A stretch of DNA of 64,000 bases from Sphyrna mokarran (taxonomy: Eukaryota). Location of the stretch: assembly GCA_024679065.1 (NCBI GenBank), contig JAGIQG010000001.1:101432001-101496000 (forward strand), read 5' to 3'. The translations under genes were made by a program, and so were the position numbers. Of the stretch, positions 37,346 through 50,680 are shown piece by piece. Every line of letters starts with the position of its first letter. The stretch's first letter is position 1. The notes beneath the pieces are model-generated. The model did no database searches. It was given only the letters and a program-made list of their open reading frames with translations, and was not told where the DNA came from.

Positions 37346-40300
37346 GTAAAATCAAAAGGCTTGAAATATCTATCCACTTGCACATTTGAAGACTCCATTC
37401 CTGTTGCCTTGTTCAACAGAATCATGGATCAGAGAATTGGTTGCAGAAGCCAGCAGATACCAATTTCCTACGAATAAAATTAGTAATCTATATATCTGGA
37501 GCATCACAGATCAGGCTTACTCTCTAATTAGTGCTCCATCCAAAAAAGAGAACCAAACCAAAATCATTCTTGCAGTTTTAAGATTATAGTGCATTTGGTA
37601 AATGTCAAAGAAGTCTCATGTTTCTATAATTCTTTGGTATTGTAGGGTCTTTGTCATACAAAGACTGATATTGCTTGTTTTTAGTTATGCATTGCCTGCA
37701 GACTTGTGAGGAGGTTTGCCATTGTCACAATCTTTTCATAATTTACATAACTGCAGTGTAAGTCCACATTATTAAAGGCAATTAGTTTGCAAACTATTTT
37801 CATTATGTTTTCATCTTGTATCTGCAAGTATGAAGAAGATGTAGTGGTTTCAGAAGTGTATAATCGTACAATATAAGTGGCATGGTGTCTCAGTACATTA
37901 GAGCACCAGCACACACTATCACAGTGGTGGTGGGATGAAAGATGTGATCTCCCACGCTGCCCAGTTTCTGATCTCAGCCGTGCTGTCTTGGGAAAGTGCT
38001 GAGCAGAGGGTAGATACCTCTCCACAGAAGGAGAGGTAAAATTGGAGGGACTGTACATGTTCCCCTAGCCATTCTTGTGCTCCCCCAGGTGTCTGCCTCA
38101 GAATGGCACTGGAAAGGCTGCAAACAGATCACTTGCCTGCCCTTTTGGCCACAGAGGCCACAAGGGATTGAGGAGAAAAATGGAACAAATTCATTCTCTC
38201 TCAAAAATTACAAAACAATTATATATACTTTTTCGTATATGAACCAGTAAAACCGCTGAAAGTAACAACCATGTAAGAGTAAAATACCTGTCCGGTGATG
38301 CTGTAATCCTTCAGGTCGAACCTCACAATCAGCTGTTATACCCTTTCTCCTACGTCACACCGCCTCAACCCCACAACCTCGCTCAGCGCGCCCAGCGCAT
38401 AACGGTAAGAAAACAAAGTTTAATTATTTTTTAAGTCATTCAAAGTATATATTATATAAAATAACGTAGATGGGGGAGAGAATAATGAGGCTATTCCGAT
38501 CTTGGTGGTTCAAATAGTTTTCACAGTCCTAATGACAGCATCTGGGGCCCATGATTTGGACCACAGCCCTGTAAAGACCAACTCAATCTCAATTAATCTA
38601 CATGTAACTAACAGTTGACCTAGTACAAGCTATATGTGGAGGAAGATTTTGATTACTTTGTGGTGTTAATATCACAAATAGGGAACATTTTCTATATTTC
38701 TACTTCTAGTAAAATTGTAAAAGGGTTCTAAAGGAACATGCTTAGACTTTTGCTAGAAATAGTGATTAGAAGAAATTTTTGTCTTATGTTTGTTGTAAGG
38801 TGTTGGGCATTGTTCAGCAGGTCTTATCAAGGTATTTGTAGTCTTAAAAGCAAGTATTTATTAACTACTAAAAACTGTATATAGGTACAGTAAAAATCCA
38901 AGGTAGAAGATGTTTCTGTGCTTCTTGCATCTACACATGGCTCTGTCCAACACTAAACTGACCACTAGATGTGGGCCACGAGTTCCCTTACATCGCTGTG
39001 TGGGTAGTACTGTACTGAGTCCCACATTTCCCCTTGATGTGCCAGAACCTTATACCACAATGTTTACACCATTATTATTATACCACGTTTGGAGGAAATC
39101 TCCCTTGGTTGGCCATTGACCAGTGGTGCTCACTTCATATTCATGTGGTTCCATATTCGAGACTCAGCTTAAATACCTTGGACATTAGATGGGAATCCTT
39201 GCAGAAGCTGAACACCTCACCTCAGCAAAAGCTGGCAATTCATCTCTCACCACATGTTCATCTCCTTCTAGCTTAATGAGGAGTAGCATTGTCACGGGTG
39301 AGCGGCAAAGACAATACCTGTTTACTTACCAACTTGGTTGAAATCTGAATATGAGCAAAGAGAATTAAAGCAAGAGCAGTTAGAATAATTTACTAAATTA
39401 GGGGCTTGTCATAAGGAAAAGTTCACAGAAGTAAATTAGTTTATAGGGAGGAAAGAAATTTTAAAGGAACATGATCAAGAAGCACGGACAATATAGAACT
39501 AATTCTGAATTGCAAACAGATCTCCAGGACGTACGTGCAAAATTTTGTAAGTCTAGACATAGAAATGTTTTTCTTCACGGTGTAATTGAAATGTGAAAAA
39601 AAGATGCCCATCAAAGGTACTTAGTGCTATCTGAAACACCTCCATCAAAAAAAGAGAACAAAATGATTATGAAGAATAGTTTGAGTACTGTTTCTTAATA
39701 AGTTTTATCACTTATTCATCTCCCTTAGGTTATTAACTAAACTGGGCAAGTCCATATGTTGAGTTATAACTTACTTTGAGGAAGAAGCAAGTCAAAAGAC
39801 CTTTCTTCAATGTATATTTTTCCTATGTTTAAAATAAACCAAAAAGAATATTAACAAAAGAAATTCATTAACATACACTATCTCCATTTTAACTAGTCTA
39901 ATAAAAATGTAATCCAAATTAGTCAGAAAATGGGTTAAAGATGGTAGAACTGACAAGGAAAATACCATCAATACAAACTGCATGCCTGTCCTAATGAAAT
40001 ATTTTTAAAACTGCTTTCTAGTAGGAAAATTCTTCACTTTAATTCTGGTCTCTTTTTTTGAAGATCTGATATTCGAAGTCGGAAAACCATTAGAGAACCA
40101 CCAAACTGATATTAGGAAATCAGCATTTTTGACCTTCCTGGATGTCTATTGTTACCCAGTTATGATTCTAAAGCTAATTTTATTAATTGAGTACTGATAT
40201 TCAGTTAGCAAATACAGAAGTTAAATCACCGACCACTCCAGATAAACATCCAGGAATTGAAATGATAGTGATCTTCAACAATCTGATCTAGCTTTGATGG

Positions 40301-40618
40301 AATAATATGATAGGAACACTTAAAAACCAGTTAGTTTAATTAATTACATATTGTGTAAATTAATGAACACAATAAAGGGAATTAGTTTTCATAGAGAATG
40401 TCTTGAGATAGAATTCATTCATTATATTTGACTGGCAAGAATTCTGCAACTTTGTGCAATATGTGCCTTCAACATGTTGCGGTTGACACAGCAGCTCCTT
40501 ATTTTTAGCGAGTCAGGAAAAGGCAAAATGTAATCAGTGTTGAGCTCTGGAACATTAATATGATCCAAAAACTCTGACCTTGATTCTTTTTGTGTTTTTT
40601 TTGTTTTATTTTGTACAG

Positions 40619-40767
40619 CGGAACCTACCAGACAACAGACAAACAAACGAAGGAAGAGGAAGAACTCAGCAAGCAGCACCTCAAACAGCAGTGTAGGAAA
40701 TACCAGCAGTACAAACAGCAAGAAAAAGAGCCCCGCAGGGAACTTCAGTCTCTCCAGTCAGGTACCT
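40619..40767 (+). CDS. LDB2: LDB2 penultimate coding exon with NLS: (A)EPTRQQTNKRRKRKNSASSTSNSSVGNTSSTNSKKKSPAGNFSLSSQVP
   Basis: Long T-rich tract and tacag acceptor, 149 nt, phase 1/0, KRRKRK NLS. Donor gtaagc at 40768, with an alternative donor gtacct at 40762. Confidence 0.95.
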
Positions 40768-41999
40768 GTAAGCATCTCCTTTCACTTCTGTGTATGGGTT
40801 ATATTAACTTATCCATTAGTTACTCAAAAAATATATATACATTGTTGAAATGGTTGTATTGATCCTCTTTATTGTGTCAGCTTTTCTCAGTAATTACCTG
40901 CCAATACCCAGAAAATAATCCTAGTGTAATATAGTGGGCCACATTTTCATCCAATTTCACCTGGTCTCTTCCAAACATAATCTTTGCAATCAAACTTTCT
41001 CCGATAGTGTCAATCTTATTCCATCGGCACCTGTGTTTTATGTGAGATAAATGAATCCCAAACGTATAAGATTGAATGGAAAACAAAAATATCTTTGCAA
41101 CAGCAAAAGTGGCTTGGTAACATTATAGATACTGTGAGCCTTTCTTCTCTAAAATAAACAGTTTGTAAAAATAAACATGGTATGTAAGACCATGGTTGTG
41201 AACAGTGGTAATGTGTGTTAATACTAATGCAATGATGATTTTTTTCTTTCTTTCACGGGCCTCATTTTATTTCCTCAATAAGCTCAGGTGATTCACCAAG
41301 ACCAAATTCTAGCTCCCAAATAAGGCAATGTGCACTTCAGCCATGTTTAACACAGCCACAGAGAGCTGTAAAACCAAAAATGATGGAATGCCCCCTCAAC
41401 ACATTCATATTCCACGAAGATATTTTAATCCAGAAACTAACCTTCCTGAAACCTGCCGCATCTCATGCATTTGCAACCTTCAAATTAACGCACCCCCACC
41501 TTTACCAAAACCTTTTTAAAACCTAATGAGACTCAGCAGAATAAGCTTTAAAACACAGGCGAACATTAAAAACTGGAAAAAAAATCTAAAATTATGTTTT
41601 TAATAAGCGGCTCCAACAATGTAATTGAGACCCACGGTATCCTCCCTCCTCTGGCAGCAGCTACAGCAGGGCTTCATCCACGTCCTTCAGGACAACGTCT
41701 CCCCCATGGTGGCTCCTCCTGAAATGCCAGCGTCCTCTTCGCACAGTTCAGCACAGCGGCTCCACATGACATCCTAGATGTCGTCTTCCACTGCTCCAGA
41801 ACAGGTAAATCCCCAGAAATGCAGAAGGGAAAAAAATATAATTGTTTATATTTTAAATTGTATTCACTCAGCACATAGCTGAGAAATACACATGAATAAA
41901 GTCCCAGATTTCATCCCCCGTCCATATTGAGATAGCTCTTCTAAGCTAGGTGGTTGTAGGGCTGCTATAATTAGACTCAGCATCTCTGGGGAAGCAACA

Positions 42000-42560
42000 T
42001 TAACAATTTGTATTTACATAGTATTTTTAATGCAATAGGTTGACCCATGGTGTTTCATAGGAGTGTTGTAATGCAAGATCTGAGAGATATTAGGACATTT
42101 TAACTCATCCTGGTCACAGAGGTAAGTTTTAAGGATCATCTTCAAGAAGGAGCGATAATTTGAGAAATGTAGAGATTTTAGAAGAGTATTTAAGAGCTTA
42201 GACCCATGGCAGATGAAGCCTCAGCCGCTAATGGGTGAGTGATTACAATTGTGGATGCTAAAGAAATGGGAATTGGATGAGGACAGACATCCACTAACAT
42301 GACTGGGGGAGATTACAGAGATAGGGAGGGGAAAGGCCATTGAGAGATTTGAAAACAAGGGATGAGAATTTTAAAATTGGATTACTTAACCTGGATGATG
42401 GTTGAATGGGATTTGATGCATGTTAAGTCGTAGGAAATAGAGTTTTGGATGACTTCAAGCATATTGGAGACTAGTTTAAGTGTGTTGGAATAGTGAAGTC
42501 TAGAGGTAACTATGACACGGGTGTGGCTTTCATTAGCACTTGATTTGATATAGAAAGAAT
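42000..42560 (-). mobile_element. L2 LINE 3' fragment
   Basis: aacaatttgtatttacatagtatttttaat terminus. Homologous to 13930-14700. Confidence 0.65.
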
Positions 42561-43139
42561 GTTGTTATGGAGGTGGGTACAGCACTCTTCAAAAAAATGT
42601 TATGGCATAGAAGGAAATCATTCATCCCTTCATGTCCATGCCAGCTGAAAAGCAATCATTCTACATGACTCCATCTTTTACAAAAGTTTTATTTCATCCA
42701 AAAAACTGAATTCAAATTGAATCCAACTCATGATTCACACGAGAGAGATGAACAAGATCCAAATTGATAAGGTGAGGCATTGCAGCCATCCTGGACGTGA
42801 CCTAATGTTTCATCTTAGCCAAAAGGCCAAGATGGTTTTGGATAATTGCAACATCTTGGTTTGACCTCATTGGCTACCCTGATCCTTTACTGCACCTTAG
42901 CTTGGGAGATGAGCATGCCTGATCATTGACTTTCTCTTGTCAAATCTGCTCTGAAGTCTTCACTATCATGGCTTCACTGCTGCCCAGGCAGTATACATAA
43001 TTCCACCTTCCAGTTCTTGGTAGCCTTATTAGTTAGGGTACGTCAACTGTGTATCCAAGTGCGAATATGCAGTCAGAGTTCACTTCAAGGTCAAGTATGC
43101 CAACAAGTTTGTAAATAGTCTGGTTCAGCTTTAAGCAAC

Positions 43140-44750
43140 TAAAATGTAATTTAGTAGTAATGGTGCTAGAATTGTAATCCAGAGACCAGGACTAATCCTT
43201 TAGAACTGTGAATTCATATCTTATCATAGCAGTTGGGGAATTTAAATTCAATTAATTAACAAATCTGGAATAGAAAATGTGAGTCACATTATTAATGATG
43301 CTGAAAATCCTGGATTGTCATCAAAACATATCTAACTTATTAATGTCCTCAGAAAAAAATCTATCATCCTCATCTGCTCTGGTCCACATGTTGTGGAGAT
43401 GCAAGCGTTAGACTGGGGTAAACACAGTAAGAAGTCTGACAACACCAGGTTTAAGTCCAACCAATTTATTTGATAGTAAACTCACAAGCTTTCGGGGGTT
43501 CTCCCTTTGTCAGGTGAAGCGCCTGGAAACAATACACATTTCTTTAACCTGTGTTTAATGTTCTTTCCACTCGCATTGTCGGAATCTTTATCCAGTCCCC
43601 TTGAAGTCTCATGGCATCAGGTCATATGCATGTAATGAGATCTCCTTCTGATTATAACCTACTACCCTCTTTCAGCTGATGAATTAGTGCTCCTCCATGT
43701 TGAACACTATTTGGAAGAAGCACTGAGTGCAAAGGGTGCAGGAATTACTTTGGAAGGAGCACTTCTATATCCATCATCAAAAACAGCTTGCTAGTATCAC
43801 TACAAGTTGACTGATTCCTGAAGATTATAATTGCCTGACTGGGTCTGCAGCAGTTGGTGAGAGAACCAACATGAGGGAAAAAAATTCTTGATCTCATCTT
43901 CACCAATTTACCTGTCACAAATGTATCTCCCCAGATAGAACTGGAAGGAATGACAGCCAGTGTCCTTATAGAGGTAATATACCACACTGATGACACACCA
44001 TTCCATCATGTTCTGTACTACTACCTCCGTGCTAAATGATATGGATTCAGAACAGACATAACTCCCCAAAACTGGGTAAACATGAAGCATTGTGGGCCAA
44101 CAGTAACAGCAGAGTTGCATTTAACTTCATTGCCTGGTACATCCCTCATGGTACCATTATTATCATCCAGGAGAGCTATGCTGGGTTCAATGAAGAGCAC
44201 AGGAGACCAGGCAAAAAGCAACACAAGGCATACTGAAAGTAAGATGTAAATCTGGTGAAGCTACAACATAGGACTACTTGCATTTCAAACAGTGGAAGAA
44301 GCATGCAACAGACAGAGCTAAGTGGCTCTACAACTCATGGATCAGATCAAAGCTCTGCTGTCCTGCCACGTCTATTTGTGAATGATTTAACACCTGACAG
44401 GAAAAATATCCCTTTCCTGGGCAGTCCTGGCACATCAGTGCAAAATAAAAGCCTTAAGCATTTTCAACCATTTTGGGCCAGAAGTGAATGATCCATCTCA
44501 GCATCCTCCTGAGGTCCCCAGGATCACTGATAGAGTATTTAGCCAAATTAGTATGCTCCACATGATATCAAGAAATGACTCAAGGCACTGGACAAGCAAA
44601 TGTTATGGGTCCTGACAACATCCTGGCTATGGTACTGAAGACTTTAGGGCTAATTGCTTCGTTATTCAAGCTGTCCTAGTACAGTTACAATATTGACAAC
44701 AACCTGGCAATGTATAAAATTGTCCAGATATGTCCTGTACAATAAAGATA
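43140..44750 (+). mobile_element. L2/CR1-clade LINE 5' portion (endonuclease to start of RT)
   Basis: gttatgggtcctgacaacatcctggctatggtactgaag (MGPDNI..MVLK). Homologous to 7130-8890 and apparently continued at 47581-48250. Confidence 0.8.
43388..43590. mobile_element. Penelope pLTR fragment (antisense 43388-43520, sense 43523-43580)
   Basis: Matches 8320-8452 as reverse complement and 8155-8212 directly. The minus-strand hammerhead core is mutated (CTGACAA...GAAAGCTT). Confidence 0.8.
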
Positions 44751-44754
44751 GGAC

Positions 44755-47580
44755 AGGTTAAGTTGAAGTACTCGTTAAGAGCTCATCTACAAGAGCTGTT
44801 AAGATAAACAGGCTTAAGGCAACCAAATGAGGAAGTTGATTGAGGAGCCAATCATGCCCATACCAGGGGATTACCTCAGTCTCATAAAAGGTTAAATGGC
44901 ATACAGAGATGCTCAACAATTGGCAAACAGATGCCTTGTCGCTGCACAGATGGCAATGAGTATGGGCAGTAAACGATTGGATGGTACAGGGTGTTGTCAC
45001 CTTCCTTGCATGGAGCTTAAGAGCAGGTGTAAGACTAATAAAGACAATTGGATGGCCTCCTGACCACAAGGAAGCAGCAATTGGTAATGGGAGAACAGCC
45101 TCTAGATCTTGGGCCATTGGGCAATGAGTAGTAGCACCCTTTGTAGGAATAAACGTAATGCCCTAGCTAACGATGTCTATGTGCCATGAAAGCACAAGAA
45201 AAAGAGTGGCATCCCAGCCATCAAGAGAATAGGGAATGGAAAGATAGGAAGGAAGGGCAAAAGTCCATACCCTCAGGATCTACGGTCAATGGTGGAGATG
45301 TTTCAAGTTAACAGAGAACCTGTGTAAGTGATCTGTGCTCTCACCGCTGAAGTCCCTGCACTTCGTAGCACTGGTCTACCAGTAGCTGTCAAAGCCATTG
45401 TGATCCTGAACTACTTCGCTTCTGGCACCCTCCAAGGATCGGTTATGTGCCTTGGTAGCATCTTGCAAAAAACAGTGCACCACTGTAGATTACTGATATC
45501 CTATTTGCCAAGGAAGCACAGTACATTTGATTCATGACAAACACGGTCTCACAGATACAGGACAATGGAATTAGCCTCTATTGCAGGATTTCCCCATGTG
45601 CAAGACATCATCAGTTGCAATCATATGTTTATCATGGCAAGTGACTGGCCAATGGATAACTCCCTTGATTTTTTTTAAATAATGCTATAGAATATTTACA
45701 TCTACCTGAGCTGGCAAATTGGACTATGGTTTAACATCGCATCTAAAATACGGAACGCTCAACAGTGCAGCACTGCCTTTGTAATGACTGGACAGGAGTG
45801 GGACTTTGCTACCTTGTAACTTTAGTTTACACCATCAATAAAAAGAGTCACACTTGTGCCTGCAAGTGTCATTATTTATGTAGTACAAGAATGGAAACAA
45901 TGTAGTTACAGCAAGAAGACACACCATGATTCACTGTACTCTAAATGACAAAGTCTCCTCTGCACTCGGCCACTTCTACGCAACAATCCTCTTTGAAGGC
46001 TTACCACTGAGTTGCACATCGCAGTTCATCCTCGTGGAGTTACGAGAGGAAGCCACACCCAGATCATTGCAGGAGTCCTGCTGCACAAAAGTTTTTACTG
46101 TCAGAGCTGAGGTTGAAGCAGTTTGTAAGGAGGGGGACTTCCATCCACCTTTATGACATCCTCAGTCCTTAGTCGACACTTAAGTTGGCCAAAGTGGAGC
46201 AGCAGATTGGTACAACTTCCATCCCCTCCAAACAGTCTCTGTGCCACTACTGTCACTGATTGTCCAGGCTACGGTGTGTAGCATGCATTCTATCTACATC
46301 AATGCACGTGCCTTGCATACATTGCAATTGCAGTTGCATGTGGCTGTCCATAAAGGAGCTCATGCAGTCAACCCTAGAGTCATTGCTGCCTCCAGTCTTT
46401 ACCCTGCACTGCCTCAGGGAATGCTGACATGTGGGAAACTCCTTCAGGCATAGATATTGCCTCTTGTAACTTCTGAGGCCTTGCAACTCCCAGCTGAACA
46501 GGGCTTGACTTGTCCTCCATACTGCAAGGGAAACTGGCCATAGCTACCATTGCCTCTGGAACCTCCTCCGACACTAGTGCCATGCTTTTCATTCAGTGTC
46601 ATCTTATTCACACTTTCATGAGGATCCATTGAGGTGAGAATATTTGCTCTGGTGATTGGTATGCTTGTAAGATATGATGATGTTTCTTTGGTTTTTTGAT
46701 TGATCAGTGTGGGCTATTGACGGAGAGGGAGAAGGTTTCATGGGTTGGATGTTTGCACTTGTTGGAAAGACAAGAAGAAATCATGAGAACGAGCTTGGAA
46801 AACCGAGATATCTGTAATGCTGAGGCTTCACAATGCAATTATGATGCTGGCTGGAGGTTCCTTGCCCTCTTTAATTACGACTTACACCATGAGTGCCTAT
46901 TTCGCCAGGACAGACTTACTTCTGGTCCTTGATCCTGGTTATCTCAATTGCCCAATATTCAGTGGTCATATTTCTATTCTCAGCAGCTGAGTTAGTCTGA
47001 AGGATTATTAATTGCCCTGTAGGCATAACCTCCCCTGAATAGGGTCAGCATGCATCCTGAAGCTCTTCGGCTGGTATAATCTATCCCGAGTGTTGGGTAG
47101 TACTTACCTTGCTAGAGCATGAGAAATCATTGAACTTTTTCCTGTGTTGAATCCACTCATTTTCTCAACAGTTTTGCCAGTGGCAGTGATTTCTACCCAG
47201 TCCTGTTTGGTCAATATGGCTTCGTGCTGCCTCCCTCCAGGAAGAGGATCTCCCTCCTCTCCCTACTAGTATCTAGTATGACCATGGGGTCAGCATCTTA
47301 TGCTTCTGGTTCTGTTTCAGGACTTTGGCTAAACAGGGATATTGAGATGAGAAAGACAACCCAAACTTCCGTCAGAATATGCACCATGCACTTACATCAC
47401 TTAAGTGAATTTAAATTGGGCCTGCACTTTAGTTGACCTGCCTCCATTCCCAAGGCTGTTAATTGACTATTAAACCCGTCTCTATATGATTTAAAGGATC
47501 ACCACTGTGAAATTCGGGACTCTTTCCTGTTTGTGGTCTGGAAACAATCTGTTTCCTGCCCATAATGCAAAAATTCAGCC
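44755..47580. mobile_element. Decayed Harbinger/PIF DNA transposon: DDE transposase remnant (+, about 45300-45645) and Myb/SANT gene remnant (-, about 47108-47300)
   Basis: LPVAVKAIVILNYFASGTLQ and IAGFPHVQDIISCNHMFI resemble HARBI1-type FP.V.GAIDCTH. The minus strand gives ERREILF / TKQDWVEI / WIQHRKKFND followed by a gtaagt donor. TIR-like end aaaattcagcc at 47570-47580. Confidence 0.8.
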
Positions 47581-48250
47581 TCCTGAATTTACAGTTGGCC
47601 AGAAACTTAACTGGACTCACTATATAAAAACCGTGCCTACGGGAGGAGGTCAGAGGCTGGGAGTTCTGTGACAAGTCATTCATCTTCTGACTCTCTAAAG
47701 ACTATCCACTAGACACAAGTCAGGAGTGTGATGGAATACTCCCCTGTTTCCTAGATGAGTGCAGCTCCAACAACACTCAAGAAGCTTAACGCTATCCAGG
47801 GGAAAGCAACCCATTTGATTAACACCCCATACACCTTAAACATTCACTTTGTCTACCATTGATGCACAGCGCCTGTGGTGTGTACCATCTACAAGATTCA
47901 CTGCAACAACTGGCCAAGGCCCCTTTGACAGCATCTGCTAAACCCATAATCGCTATCACCTTAAAAAAAACATAGGAATGCAAACCACCTGAAGGTTCCT
48001 CTGTAAGTCACTCTTCATCCTGACCTTGAACTTCCTTCACTATTTCCTTTACTGTTATTCACTATACCGTTCCTTCACTGTCACTGGCTCAAAATCCTGG
48101 AATTCTGTTCCTAACTGCACTGTGGCTGAGTTCTATACCACGTGGACTGCAGCGATTTAAGAAAGTGGCTTACTGCCTTCTAAAGGGAATTAGAAATGGG
48201 GAGTAAGTGCTGGCTGAGCCAACAATGCTCATATCCTAAGAACAAATTTA
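47581..48250 (+). mobile_element. L2/CR1-clade LINE 3' portion
   Basis: caagtcaggagtgtgatggaatactcccc (QVRSVMEYSP) and terminus gtgctggctgagccaacaatgctcatatcc. Confidence 0.85.
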
Positions 48251-49469
48251 GAAAAACAGTTGTCAGGAGGATATGTGAATTTGGTGGCTATGGTGTGGAG
48301 TTTGTATTGGGATAGTGAAGAATATGGCTTTACTCATCCAGTTCTGGATGTCATGCAACAAAGAATGTGAAAGGATGAAACAGGTAAAGGGGAAGTGGAA
48401 TTTGGTCTCGTCAGGATACGTATGGAATAACATGGATTCTGTATTTCTGGCTCATGCCATCAAGGGGCAGTATGTAGATGATAAAAATGAACATGCCAAG
48501 AAAAGATCCTTGGGGTGTACCAGAGATATAATGGTGTATAGGTGGAAAGAGAGGATGATTCTATGTAGGCTATGATTAGACAGATCAGAATAGAACCAGT
48601 GCAATTGCACCTAGCAGCTGTGGAGAAAATGCACTGGGGAAGCACATAAAAGGTTGTGGTCAGGTAGAGGCAGGATAATTTACTTAGTTACAATAGGAAG
48701 GAAAACTTGAGCCGCAATTTCTGCTCCTGACCACGACTCAATAATGACAATTGGAGTAGCATGTGAGTGAATGTCAAAATCATATTAATTACAAAAAAAC
48801 CCAAAATTGTATTAATTCACATAGTTCATTAATCCCATTGTATAAACGGAATGCTTTCTCAGGACTGTTGTAATCGTGTTTGTTTCACAAGTGATCAATG
48901 AGCAAATAACTGCGATTTTTAACTGTGGTGATGGTTGAGACCAAATACATTTGATCACTTTACAATCATGATAATAAGAATTAATGTAAAGTTGTCATTA
49001 TTTATATATATCTAATCATCTAGTTCTTAAATTAATGATGTTGATAAGTTTACAATTGTTTTTGTACCTATTACTTCATTTTGTTTTTGTGTTTTAAGCA
49101 GTTAGTTATGACCTTTGCTTGCTGATTATTTACCCATTTATGGACATTTCACAATGAAATTATCAATTGAATCTTATCTTTGAACAGAAGTCAGGAACTT
49201 ATAGCATCATCAATCAATTAAATTTGCTCACCCAGCCGGTTAAAACACTTTATTACTCTGCTCACATATGTGGTGAGATAATGAGGGGTAAGGCACCATA
49301 GCTCATCATATGCATAGCAAGTTCTTGTTCTCTGGGCTTTGCATATGCATGTCTAATGGAGACGAAATTACAAAGGAGGGGGAGTTGTCTCCGAAATCAT
49401 TCTTGACAATTTTTTAAATGAGGGTCTGGAGTGTTCATATACACTTTATTTACTTGGGTGTTGGCAGTT

Positions 49470-50680
49470 AGTGGAGGGGATTCACCAGCCCCATTCGCCG
49501 ATGTTGGGTGTCCCGATTCCTGCTGAACTAGGTGTCAGGTCTAAAATTGGGATTCCTACAGACATGCATATTATTGGGATTCACCCGCCCGCCCTGCCAG
49601 CTTCAATCGTGTTTCCGCCCAGAATGGGTGGCAACCTGATAATAATGCAAACCCGCTAATTGTAACACCATTAGCATCAACAACATGGACATGCCATACT
49701 GGACCCTGAGGGTCTAGGGGAGCACCACCATTGACTTAGAAAACAAGGATATCCACCCATCACAGATCACCCCCCCATCTCCATGCACACACGAGGGTGA
49801 CACAACCCCCCACTGCCACCACCTCCTCCTCAGGGCTCCCTTACTCAGCTCTTCTTCCCCACAGGGCCCCTTTCAGGCCAAATACCTTGGCTTTTTCAAC
49901 AGTGCACTGCCCATAGATTCCTGGTGCTGATTCCCTAGCACTTTGGACTCCAAGGGAGCAGTGACCATTTGACCCTGTATCATTGCCAAGTTGCAGAGGA
50001 TGATCCTTCAAGAGTGCAGAGGGTTGAGTGGGCTCATGCAGGGAAGGCAAGGGACGGATATCTCATAGCTGGATTGCCTCTTCTAGCCCTAATAGCCCTA
50101 TGATCAACATCTGCATTCCTGTCTGTCAGTTGTGAAAATTCTGAAGTGGCCAGGTCACTTTAATCTCCAAGCATCCTGCTCCTGGCAACTTGAATATTTT
50201 TGCAGCACTTCATTCTCCACTAAATTGTACTGTAAAGATTTCCCTTTCTCCGTGTCAGAAGCTGAAGATGAGAACAGGCTCCTTTGAATGGGGTTCTAAG
50301 GGGTAGGGGACCTGGTTTGGGATTTGAGAAGGAAGGGGGATGTGAGGGATCTGAGGGGGAAGGAGGGCCTTAGGGGTCTGAAGGAAAGAAGGTTGTGGAG
50401 AGTCTGAGGAGATGTAGGGAGAGGGTCAGGTCACACTCATGCCTATGGGGAGTGGAGGGGTGAACCTGTTATTTATGGATGGATGAAAGAATGCCCCTCT
50501 TTGTTGAGCAGTTGGTGGTGCTCCCCTGGTCAGTGGGGGATGGGATCTCCATTTTTGTGGGGAGGGGTGCTTGATCTGGAAAATCTTTTTTGGTGATTTT
50601 CCATGGCTCTAAGATTCTTGCTGTAAAAGGATGCAGATAACAATAATGCTGCGCCTTGAAAAAATGAAAAATTCCACCTT
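49470..50680. mobile_element. Probable non-autonomous DNA transposon (Harbinger-type MITE)
   Basis: GC-richer block with C-rich then G-rich halves. The ends gggggattcacc and aaaattccacc resemble the TIR-like end at 47570. Confidence 0.4.

Noticed and set aside
40590-40862. Q/K/E-rich 90-aa ORF and the antisense ORF 40422..40721
   Set aside because: Both are alternative frames over the real LDB2 exon 40619-40767.
43483-43518. Third hammerhead motif (minus strand)
   Set aside because: The core is mutated (CUGACAA instead of CUGANGA) and it is antisense to LDB2, so it is unlikely to act on the pre-mRNA.
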